DNA of 63,375 bases, the filler included, from Aduncisulcus paluster (Eukaryota): NCBI GenBank assembly GCA_024181965.1. It is 9 parts of 9 records of this genome, joined end to end, with 100 filler letters (N's around TTAATTAATTAA, not from the genome) between each part and the next. Parts side by side here need not be neighbours in the genome. Positions count along the whole stretch, not along the records: positions 12,779 to 18,143 come from BQXS01011051.1; positions 18,244 to 23,662 come from BQXS01011052.1; 7 more parts are not named here. One strand, given 5' to 3'. Under the pieces are notes generated by a model. It had not been told where the DNA came from. It searched no databases and saw only the letters and a list, made by a program, of their open reading frames with translations. Below, piece by piece: positions 12,780 to 23,762 of the stretch. The position numbers were made by a program, and so were the translations under genes. The number at the start of each line of letters is the position of its first letter. Positions within the stretch are counted from its first letter, which is position 1.

Positions 12780-15700
12780 TGTGCATCCATTGCCAAGACA
12801 AGTGGATCCGTGGAAACTGAGGATCTGACGTGTTATACAATCCATGATGATATGATTAGAAATTATCTGAAAGGTGTCTCTAGTGGATGTATTGCCAGCG
12901 AAGATGACATTGAATCGAATGGTATCATTAGTGTTGCTACCCTGCGTAGTAAGCTGGAATGTGCGTCCCTTTCCTTGTCTGACGTTGTTAGCTATTCCTC
13001 TGTCTCTTCTGTGAATGACATCACTACTCTTCAGGGTCTTGAGTACGCCCAGGGAGTTGATTCTGACACTGACACTCCTATTGGTCTGACATCTCTGACT
13101 CTTGATGGGTATGACTTGAGTGGAGACATCAATGACAATGCTGAGTATGATAAGTTGGTTGTTCAGATCCTAGCAAAAGCAGTAACATTTGGCAATATCG
13201 ACTCTGGTCTCACGCATTTATCAGTGAGTGAGTGTGGCTTGAGTGCTATTACTGACGTGCTTGACTTAACTCCAAGAGCAAACGGAGACTCAGTCACCCA
13301 GCCTTTCAAGCTCACATACCTTGATCTTTCGAACAACTCCATCTCTGATGTGTCAGTTCTGCTCACATCTGATCTCTTCCCTGCTGATGCTCTCACAACC
13401 CTTGATATCAGCTCCAACAACATCTGTGACATTGACAATGTTGTCACTGATCTTCAATCCAAATTCACAAACCTCTCAACATTGATATATTCTGACCAAA
13501 CATGTCATTGTTCTGCCACTCTTACAAGCAGTGACCATGAAGTCTGTCGTGAAGCATACCCCGATCGCTGGACTGTTGAGTGTTGGGATGGTTTCTATTT
13601 GGATATGACAACAATGGAATGTGTTGAAGCTATTACTGATGATGAGATTCTAAGGGCTGAAGTATGTCGCAGAGAACCCAATATGATGCCAATCCTCGCA
13701 AATCCTCTTCATAACATCACCTGCGGATGTAGAGCTCCTTGGTACGGCGATAATTGTGACCAATTATACCAAATATATCTACCTAGTTCCAACCTTAGGC
13801 GTTGGATATGTGGTATTTTTAACAACACATGGAGTTCTCTCTGTGACATGTCTGAGTATCAATTTGCTGAAGTTGATAGAATTGCATGTTCTCAATCAAG
13901 GATACACACTCTCGAAGGAACGGAATACGCTATTGGCGCAGCTTTGATAAGTTTTTCTAATAATCCTATTTACAGCGTACCCGATGCATATCAATACCAA
14001 ACAGACAAAGTGCGTTTTCTGTTCGGAAAGACTCGTCCTGCTACAATGTATGAACCCCCAAATATCACTGATTTATCATGGCTAGAGTACTTTAATAGGT
14101 TAGATTATGCTGAATTTTCAGGAAATTCTTCAATTTATGACGGATCTGTTTATTTCAAGAATATCAGCATGAGATATTATATCCCTTCGAGAGGGGATGC
14201 TTTAACACCCATATGTCGATCTGAAACGGATTCGGATTATTGGGAGTTTATTCGCTATATTTTCCCCGGAATCGACTATAACTATACAGATTATCAATAC
14301 TATTACTTGCCCTATAATTCTTGTGAGTTGAACTCTAATGCAAACAGCACTCCCTGGAACTGTGAACGAACTGGTCCAGAGTCCTCATGTCCATCAATGT
14401 ATCTAAATGAAGTGTATAATCCAATTACAGAAACGAAAGAATGTGCTCAGATTGCTAAACAGGTTGGTAGTGCCGCTAACAGCGATTTAATTTGTTATAC
14501 CATCCACGATGATCAGATTAGAACGGCTCTAATTGCGAATAATCTCAAGAATAATTCTGATGATTTGGAATCGACTGGAATTATTAGCGTTCCAACATTA
14601 CGTAGCAATATAACCCGCTCGTATAGTTTCAACTTGGGAGAAGATGTTTCTGATATGTCTTCAGTGACAACTTTGAAAGGTCTAGAGTATGCTCAGGGGA
14701 GAGATTTGGCGACTGGCTATGAAGCCAAGACCAATGCTGGACTCCTTCATTTGAATCTGAACGGATATGACCTCTCTTACGAACGTGAAGGATCAGAATA
14801 CGATAGATTTGTGGTTAGAACTCTTGCCAAAGCTGTATTCAAAGATACTATAACATATTACGGAGCTGTTAGTTATATCAATACTGGACTTGAAACGATA
14901 TCGTTGAGTGGCTGTAATTTAATCAAGATTGAAGATGTTATTGACACTCGTCCTCCCTTGAAACGTGATAATTTCACTGCCCCCTTCAAGTTGACAGATA
15001 TTGATCTTTCAACCAATGCTATTCACGATGTGTCAGTGTTCTTTTCAACCGAAATGTTTCCTCAGGACGTCCTTACAACTGTTGATTTGAGTGAAAATCT
15101 CATATGTGACACCGATGGAGTTGTTGCATATTTTGAAGCATATTTCACTAATTTGTTATCAATTGACATCTCTGATCAAGGAGCTTGCCCATGTTCATCT
15201 CACACTCCATATGCTTCTGGTTCATTCGATGATCATTGGACTTGTACCCTGCGTGCTGATGGATTGTACCACAGACGTTGCTGGAATGGGTATTACCTCG
15301 ATCTATCGACAAACAAATGTGTCAAGGCCTGTAAAAATGGTTATGTTCTTGACGATTCCGTTCCTGACGCCAATGGGCATCCTACTTGTGTATCCGACAC
15401 TGAGAATGTCTTTGTTCTTCATGCCATCGATAATGTTGCTCGTTGTAATGTGTGTCTGAACAAATCTGATAGAAATTTGATCCCAGTCATGAAATATGGC
15501 GATGAGGGTGTTACTTGTGGCTGTATTCCTGGTCTATATGGTGATTACTGTGAGTATGTGTTTATCCCAGATAGAAACCTCAAAACCGCTGTGTACTTTA
15601 CTTTGAATGGAAATCCTAACTATACTGAGGCTGAGGCTTCCGAATTCGATGTGTTGGGTACCGACATTTCTCTGATGGATATGCACACATCTCTTGATTC

Positions 15701-18143
15701 CCTTGAAGCTCATGATATCTCCAGTTTCGAAGGATTGCAATTCGCAACGAGTCTTGAGGATTTGTTCATTTATGGAGATGAATCTTCAAACACTAACAAT
15801 GGATATCCCATCGGTGACACTGATCTTAATTATTTACCTGATTCATTGGTTAATTTGGTCTTATCGAGAGTCGATCTCATGGAAAACTCTGATTTTTCGA
15901 GATTTTTCAACTTGGTCACTCTTGATATTTCTGAAAATCCCAACTATAATCTTACTCAGTTTTCAACATTCCCTGTTGAAACTCTTATCCAATTAAATAT
16001 GGATTTCAACACAAGTCTATCTTCTGTCGCTTTATATTATGTTGCTGAGCTGTCCAATTTGGTTGCTTTCACTTGCGATTCGTGTAATATCTCGGATCCT
16101 TCATATTTATATATTCTGAATGGCACTTTGACTGTTCTCTCCATTCCTAACAACTATGTATGTGGATTTGACCAACTTGCTATTCTGAAAGATATGTTTT
16201 ATAAGGTCTCTCCACTAGAAATTGACAACCAATCGTGTCAATGTGATATTGAATTTGATACTTCTGAAGCTTTCGCTGCTAACAAGGTCTGCAGTGAGAC
16301 CAAGCCTGGGTCTACCGCATGGTATGTTGTGTGTGCCAGTGATTCATACATATCATATACCGATGCATCGACATTTTCATGCTCTTCTCCTCTCAATTCA
16401 GACAACACCACATATGGATGTGCTGGAGGATGTGCGTATGGGTATGAATGTCGAAAGGATTCAGAATCAGACCCTCCTGCGTGTCAACAGGTCATTGTTG
16501 ATGTTGAACTCCATTCCTGTGTTGCTGATATGTTTGGTGATGACGAGACGCATGTCATTGTTGGGACTGCTTCTGATGGCGTATCTGAATTGATGTTGTT
16601 CAGTGTGGCTTCACTGAAAACTCTTGTGAGTGTATTTGATATCGAATCTGATACCTATTCTCCGATATTATCTTGTAATCAAAAATCTCTTGAGAATTTA
16701 TATGGTTTGAATCATTTGATTAATGTTAAACACATTGAGTTGAATGGTTCTGGTATCTCCGATTCAGGATATCTTGAAGCTTTGACGTCTATGACTAACC
16801 TTTATCGGTTGTATCTAGCATCGAATCCATCTCTTACATTCCTTCCAGATATCTCAAATGTCCCTCTTGAAATACTTTCACTTACTTCATGTACAAGCCT
16901 CGAGCTACCCTGTACAGAAGACATTTCTCAATTGCTTCCTCAAACTATAAAAAGACTTTTATTGTATAACATGCCCCTGCTTACTCAAACTTCATTTGAT
17001 GCACAAATCGGTGTTGATAATCTTCCTGAATTAGAATACCTCGTTATTGGAAATTCGAATAACATTGAATCTATTGGTTCCATAAATCCTTCGATTATTA
17101 AATTGTTTATTTTTAATATGAATGTTCCTATTAATTTGCAAGAAGATCTTAATCTTTTGACTGAGCTCCAAGTCCTTAATTTGACTAATTTGAACGGTTT
17201 TACAAGTATTCCTGATCTATCAGCTTGTCGAAATACTCTTGGAACCTTAGTAATTTCAAACAATCCAGACATTACTTCCCTGGTTCCGTTAGCTGAGGTA
17301 TCAATGTCTGTGCTCGACCACGTTCAATTGTATGGTTGTTCCGTATCAGATTTGTCTCCATTGTTCGATATGCAAACTATTCTATCAGTTCAAGCTTCAA
17401 ATAATAATATTTGTTTGGGATCTAACTCTGATGAAGTTCTTGCTGCCAAATTCTATAACTATGGAAATGTTGATTTCAATCTCGATCTTGGCACTGACCT
17501 CACGACATCCCAATCATGCCAATGTTCCTCTATCGCATATGATATTGATTCCACATACAATCCAATTACAGATAACATTGTCTGTAGCGAGACTAAGCCT
17601 GGGTCTATCGCGTGGTATGTTGTGTGTGCCAGTGATTCATTCACGACCTACACTGACGCATCGACATTCACGTGCACTCAGCCTGAGTCAGCCACCACGA
17701 ACTGTTCTGGAGGCTGTGAGTACGGATATGAGTGTAGATATCTTGGTGATGATGATAATGGTGACTCTGAGGCTTCGTGTCAACCTGTGATCGTTGATGA
17801 TAATTTGAGACAATACATTGCTGATAACTTGATCAATGACTCTACTCACATGGATGACTCTGATTCCTCGATTGCTCCAAAATTCAGTGTGGCTTCATTG
17901 AGGAATATTTCATATCCTGCAGTGATCGATTTCGATGGTTCTGCCCTTCTTGACTCTGATCGTGTTTGTCTACTCGATGGAATTGAACACTTGACTTCCC
18001 TTTCTGGAATCTTGTTGCCGCATCACCAGGTTGAATCTCCTGAACTTCTAATTTGGCTCAACAATATCGACACTATATCTTTTGCCAACAATCCTTCTGA
18101 TGGGTTTTCTGATCTCTCGTTTATTTGTTCCCTTCACTCACTT
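12780..18143 (+). CDS. giant LRR + Cys-rich/EGF-like modular (probably surface) protein, partial at both ends
   Basis: Fills the whole contig. LRRs (LTYLDLSNNSISDVS, LTTLDISSNNICD), EGF-like CGCRAPWYGDNC / CGCIPGLYGDYC, duplicated CYTIHDD and VCSETKPGS modules. Confidence 0.85.
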
Positions 18144-18243
18144 NNNNNNNNNNNNNNNNNNNNNNNNNNNNNNNNNNNNNNNNNNNNTTAATTAATTAAN
18201 NNNNNNNNNNNNNNNNNNNNNNNNNNNNNNNNNNNNNNNNNNN
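18144..18243. other. artificial contig spacer
   Basis: N-TTAATTAATTAA-N. Confidence 0.97.
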
Positions 18244-18343
18244 TTTGTTTTATTTGTTAAAATATTCTTCTTTTGGTTTCTTTAGTTTGTTTTTGTTTCT
18301 GTAGATATTTAAAATATAATTTAAGATAATCCCAGTAAAATAC

Positions 18344-19119
18344 TTCCGAATATTTATATGGTATTATATTGGTATTACCATTCCAAATAATGGTATTACC
18401 ATGGTATTACCAAAATTATTACCACGGTATTACCAAAATTATTACCAATAAAATACCATTATTTTTAGTAGTATTACCATGGTATTACCTATGGTATTAC
18501 CAGATTAATACCATTGGTATTACCACAATAATACCATAGGTATTACCAATAAAATACCATTAAATTTAGTAGTATTACCATGGTATTACCTATGGTATTA
18601 CCAGATTAATACCATTGGTATTACCACAATAATACCATAGGTATTACCAATAAAATACCATTAAATTTAGTGGTATTACCATGGTATTACCATAGGTATT
18701 ACCACAATAATACCATAAGTAATACCATGGTAATAATTTTGGTAATACCATTAAATTTAAAGGTAATACCATAAGTATTACCAAAATTATTACCAATAAA
18801 ATACCATTATTTTTAGTAGTATTACCATGGTATTACCTATGGTATTACCAGATTAATACCATTGGTATTACCACAATAATACCATAGGTATTACCAATAA
18901 AATACCATTAAATTTAGTGGTATTACCATGGTATTACCATAGGTATTACCACAATAATACCATAAGTAATACCATGGTAATAATTTTGGTAATACCATTA
19001 AATTTAAAGGTAATACCATAAGTATTACCATGGTAATACCATTAAATATTTAATGGTAAAGCCTCTTCTCATAAGATTAATACCATATGGTAATACCATG
19101 GTAATACTTTTATTCGGAA
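18344..19119. repeat. array of palindromic GGTA(T/A)TACC sites with higher-order 101-bp and 247-bp periodicity, bounded by a TTCCGAATA/TATTCGGAA inverted repeat
   Basis: About 52 TACC cores by hand count; 101-bp unit starts at 18470, 18571 and 18818; IR at 18344-18352 and 19111-19119. Confidence 0.9.
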
Positions 19120-19155
19120 CGCTAGTGATATCTCTTTTTCAAAAATTATATGTAG

Positions 19156-22100
19156 CCCACCATTAAATCAGAGTTTGTGAATTCTGGCGATGCATCTGCC
19201 ATCCCCATTCCACGTGATATTGCAGCCGTTAATAATCCTTCTTTTGAGATGGTCAAGGGAAAGAATGATTTGTATTGTAAGGAATCTGAGAAGTATGACC
19301 AAAGTGAAAAGGCTCAAAAAATGTTGAAAGGGGAATGTAGTGTTTACTTATCCCATCTTTCCATCCCTTTCCCATCACCTAGTCCAATGAAAGGTGCTTA
19401 TATCTGTGTGGATATGTTTGATAGTTCACCTTCTCTTCTCTTCACTTTCACTGATTGTGATGGTAAGAAGACATACAAGAAGTATGAATTCACAGAATCT
19501 AAAAATAGATATGAATGGCACTTCCTTCCTATTGATTTGTATAACGTTGTATTGTGTGAGATTGAAGGGAAAGGAAGGTGGAGATGGAAGAATAGTCGAA
19601 GTTTTGCAATCAATTCTTTATTTTTCCTCAAACAACGTATTTTATTGAGAAAAGCTGAATATATCTATAATGGAGATCCTTCATGCATTCCAATCCCTCG
19701 AGATGATCCAACATTTATCATTCCAGAATTTTTTGCAATTAAAGCAAGAATTAATGGAAGAATGGAAATAGAATATGAAAGTTTAAATTATCAGAGCGAT
19801 TGTGCACAAGCGATGATGATGATTAAAGGAGAGGGTGGTGGTTATAAGTTTTATTTTATTTCCATTCCTTTCAAATCATCAACATCTATAAAATGTGCCT
19901 ATATCTGTTTATCATCTCGTAAATCTCCATCTCTTACTTTCACATTCACTTCTTCAAATGGAAACGAAATATCATATTTATATAAATTTGAGGATCAGTT
20001 TTATGAATCCAAAGTTCGTTGGTATAAGCTTTCAATCGGTCTCCCCGATGTTATTTCATGTGATATCAAAGGAGATGAAGAAGAAAGGGAGAATTTTGAA
20101 ATTATTTCCCTTGCTTTTTATCGAGAAGATACTCCTGATGAATATATTGCTCGAAAAAAACAAAGAATATATCTTAAAGAACTCTGGTTGAAATCCCCAC
20201 CTGTGAAACCAATGTCTGAAACCAAAGAAATTGTAGATTCCCTTGATGATACCTCAATCATCAATCCTTCATTTTCAGATGTTATGTGTAAGAATGATGT
20301 ATGTTGCAAGGAATCTGAGTATTATGATCAGAGTTTAGATGCACAAAGAATGTTGTTAAAGGGGGAAGGTATTGTATTCTCCTTATCCCATCTGTCCATC
20401 CCTTTTCAATCACTTAATTCAATTAAAGGTGCATATATTACTTTATTTGATGATTGTTTTGCCCTTCTCTTCACCTTCACTCTTTCTAATGGAAAGAAGA
20501 TATCCAAGAGGTATGAATTCATAGAAGATCTACAAAAATCTAAATATTATCCACATCCTGAATATTACTTTCTTCCTATTGATCTTCCAAATGTTGTTTT
20601 ATGTGAGATTCAGGGAAAAGGATCATGGGAACATGAGAAGAGTCGAACTTTTTATTTTAAATCCCTTATTTTCATTAAAGGTGAAGACATTCCTTCAGAT
20701 TCCACAAAGCTTATCAAACATGACTCTTTCACTCTCACTTCCTCGGCAACCATCACATCTCAGTGCATCATTGGTCATGGTGGATTTGGTGAAGTTCTTC
20801 TTGTTGAAGTTGAAGGTATTCCGATTCCTTGTGTTCTGAAGAAAATGCTCCGTGAAGCTGATGAAAAAGTTGTTAAAGAATGTCGAAAGGAGTTCAAGAT
20901 GCAACTCAAATTGTTTACGAATGGCAAATGTTTCAATCGCATCCCACGTCCTTTGTATATCCTTGATCTTCTTGATGCAGATATGAAAGGTGAATATGGA
21001 TTTATCATGGAATATTGTGCTGGAGGTAGTGTGAGTGCATTTGCTAGAAGTTGGTGTGATGATGGCAAGTATGTGAGTGATATTGGTGATGCTGATGATA
21101 GTGAAGATTCTGATTCATCTTGTATTTCCGATTCTGACTCCAAGAATGATATTGACACAACTCATATTGATCCCATGACACTGAACCCAGTGAAAGTGAG
21201 TGCTCTCTGTGTTGGAATGATTGAGTGTCTTGATGATGTGTTTAGAGCAAAGAAGAGTCTTGTTCATCGAGATGTCAAACCTGATAACTTCCTTGTTCGT
21301 GTTGATCCCAAAGATGGAGAATGCACAGTTGTTCTCTCTGATCTTGGAATGGTCGAGATCTTAGATTCCATATCATCTTCAACAACCACCAAATCAGGTT
21401 CATTTCATCCCATTGAGTTTGAAAAAAGGAAGGAAACCTCGAAACAAAAACCATCCAAATGTGGAACTCTTGTATACAACTCTTATGAAACACTTTTAGC
21501 TGGAACTCAATCTCAGAAGAGTGATGGATATTCTCTTGGGATGTCGATTCTTGCTTTATTCATATGTAAACATCCTTTTGTTTCTTTGCCCCTCTTCAAC
21601 GATATCTTTCGTAATGAAGGATGCTTGGGAGATGGAGCTATTAAATTTGAAATAATGAAAACGCTAATACGATTGATGGAAAATAACATGTGTCCAAAAC
21701 TTCTTCAATCTCCCTTGTTTAGATCTTTATTAACCCTTGAAGGTGGAAAATTCCAACCGGTTCATGAATGTTTGAGTGAAGTGTTCACAGGATTAACTCA
21801 AATTGATGTTGACAAACGTATGAGTGTTCATGAAGCTAGCAAGAAAGTGCAATCCATCAAACATTTATTGCCCCAGATTGGAGAAGGGTTTATATGTCCA
21901 TCCATTGAGGATATTGTAAAACGTCAGCTTGCAGAGTATGGAGGGAACGCTGGATGTATTGAAGAGGTAAAGGAAGATGAAACTGAAAAACAGAAACAAG
22001 ATAGTGAATCATCACCAAGACATGCTACAGGAGATGGCAATCAACCTCTTCCTGTAAGTTCAAGCTATACTATAGGCACTAGTAGTGGAAGTAAGACAAG

Positions 22101-22353
22101 AATATCTCCAAAGATTGAGGAAAAGAAGAAGCTTGAGGAAGAAGAGGAAGAAAGAGAACATGACACTCAAATTGAAGATAAAGATACAGGTGTGGATGGC
22201 TCTGGCTATCATATGTTCCCATCAGGTATCTCAAAAGACACTCCCTTGTTTAGTGCTATGAGTTCAATTCATAGTACACAGTTCCAATTGTCAGAACATG
22301 ATAAAGAGCACGATAAGGAACATGATAAGCAACATGAGACAGCCCATGAGTGA
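19156..22353 (+). CDS. three copies of a lineage-specific beta-rich domain + Ser/Thr protein kinase; 5' end probably missing (upstream exon)
   Basis: GHGGFG, VLKK, HRDVKPDN, DLG, GTLVYNSYE, DGYSLG; three SIPFxSxxxxKxAYI... repeats. Frame opens after TAG 19153-19155 with PTIKSEFVNSG and no nearby ATG. Confidence 0.85.
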   Translation, partial: PTIKSEFVNSGDASAIPIPRDIAAVNNPSFEMVKGKNDLYCKESEKYDQSEKAQKMLKGECSVYLSHLSIPFPSPSPMKGAYICVDMFDSSPSLLFTFTDCDGKKTYKKYEFTESKNRYEWHFLPIDLYNVVLCEIEGKGRWRWKNSRSFAINSLFFLKQRILLRKAEYIYNGDPSCIPIPRDDPTFIIPEFFAIKARINGRMEIEYESLNYQSDCAQAMMMIKGEGGGYKFYFISIPFKSSTSIKCAYICLSSRKSPSLTFTFTSSNGNEISYLYKFEDQFYESKVRWYKLSIGLPDVISCDIKGDEEERENFEIISLAFYREDTPDEYIARKKQRIYLKELWLKSPPVKPMSETKEIVDSLDDTSIINPSFSDVMCKNDVCCKESEYYDQSLDAQRMLLKGEGIVFSLSHLSIPFQSLNSIKGAYITLFDDCFALLFTFTLSNGKKISKRYEFIEDLQKSKYYPHPEYYFLPIDLPNVVLCEIQGKGSWEHEKSRTFYFKSLIFIKGEDIPSDSTKLIKHDSFTLTSSATITSQCIIGHGGFGEVLLVEVEGIPIPCVLKKMLREADEKVVKECRKEFKMQLKLFTNGKCFNRIPRPLYILDLLDADMKGEYGFIMEYCAGGSVSAFARSWCDDGKYVSDIGDADDSEDSDSSCISDSDSKNDIDTTHIDPMTLNPVKVSALCVGMIECLDDVFRAKKSLVHRDVKPDNFLVRVDPKDGECTVVLSDLGMVEILDSISSSTTTKSGSFHPIEFEKRKETSKQKPSKCGTLVYNSYETLLAGTQSQKSDGYSLGMSILALFICKHPFVSLPLFNDIFRNEGCLGDGAIKFEIMKTLIRLMENNMCPKLLQSPLFRSLLTLEGGKFQPVHECLSEVFTGLTQIDVDKRMSVHEASKKVQSIKHLLPQIGEGFICPSIEDIVKRQLAEYGGNAGCIEEVKEDETEKQKQDSESSPRHATGDGNQPLPVSSSYTIGTSSGSKTRISPKIEEKKKLEEEEEEREHDTQIEDKDTGVDGSGYHMFPSGISKDTPLFSAMSSIHSTQFQLSEHDKEHDKEHDKQHETAHE

Positions 22354-22529
22354 ACGAATCATTTATACCATTTTACTGTGTATTTCTTGGACATACTATG
22401 CCACATGGCTTTCTAGTAATAAGAGATAAAGAAAATAGATTGAAGTCCTTCACAATTCTTGCAAGTTCAGTACAGTATCAACTCCTGATCCACGTGAATT
22501 ACGTGATAGTAACTTCCTCTAATAAATTT

Positions 22530-23662
22530 TTATTTTCTCCTCTTTTCCAATTCTAATCTCTTTTTCAGCGCTTGTTCTCTTCTTTGACGACTCAAATCAG
22601 TCTCTCGGACCCTCCTTCCTTGTCCCATATATGTCTTTTTAGAACTGGAAGAGCTTGATTGTCTTCTAACATCCTGACTTCTCATTCCATTTCCAATACC
22701 TTTTTCAGACTTAATCCCAATCAAACCACTACTCTTTCTTGGGGTCTTCTTCTTCTTTTGCTCGGACTCTTTGAAATATCTCTCGCCGGAATCCTTTCCT
22801 TCCTCAAGAATAGGCTGAGGATAATGAGCAATATGACTCACAACTCCGTATTTCTCATCACCGGTATCTCCCTCCACCTTCACTTTCTTCTCAACTGATC
22901 TATATTTAGAACCATCACTTCCAGAAGAGGAAGAAGACTCTTCGAACAATGAATATACTTCTTTCTTTCCTTTCTCTCTTTTCTTCTTAAAAGAACCATC
23001 TCTCTTATCCTTATCAGCACCAATACCAATACCAGCAACAGAAATCCTTAGAGTATCTTGTAAGCTCTGCAATTCCTCCATTCTTCTTTCTTTGTCACTG
23101 TTACTCTTTGCCTTGTCATTGGCACTCTGCATAAACCTTTGACTCTTCACAGCAGCTGCACGACGTCTAATTTCATTCATCTTCATTTCAGCAATTTCTC
23201 TCTTACTTTTCTCTCTTTCGATTCGTAACGATTCTCGCTGTTGTTTTTTCTCTTCAAGAGATTGTAGCCGGACCTTCTCCTTTCTCTTACGCTCTTCTTC
23301 TCTGGCTAATCGTTTCTTTTTCTTTTCCTCTTCTTGGAGCTGATTCAAATGTTTTCTTTCATCAGATCTCTTTGATTGCTCACGTTCAATCATTTGCCTC
23401 TTCTTAAAACTCACCAAATCACTCAGCTTATTACTGTTTATATTGGACTTGGGACTAATACCAGCATTAGAATTAATTGTATATTTGCTCCGAGCAGTAG
23501 AAGAGCTTCTTGAAGAGCTTGTTGATGCAAGAGAAACCATGCCAGAAGGTAGAGTATAATGAGAGGTCCCAGGGAAAGGAGTAACGAATGAACCAGATGC
23601 TGCATTCGTGCTTAAGTTCTTCTTTGAAGTTGAAGAAGAAGAAGAGATGGAAGAAGAGATGG
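22530..23662 (-). CDS. charged coiled-coil/low-complexity hypothetical protein, 5' partial
   Basis: E/R/K-rich ORF that appears open toward the contig edge. Confidence 0.7.
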
Positions 23663-23762
23663 NNNNNNNNNNNNNNNNNNNNNNNNNNNNNNNNNNNNNN
23701 NNNNNNTTAATTAATTAANNNNNNNNNNNNNNNNNNNNNNNNNNNNNNNNNNNNNNNNNNNN
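23663..23762. other. artificial contig spacer
   Basis: N-TTAATTAATTAA-N. Confidence 0.97.

Noticed and set aside
18344-19119. CRISPR array or telomeric repeat
   Set aside because: No unique spacers, the inter-repeat sequence is itself repeated, no cas genes; units are palindromic and irregular, not strand-biased G-rich tandem repeats.
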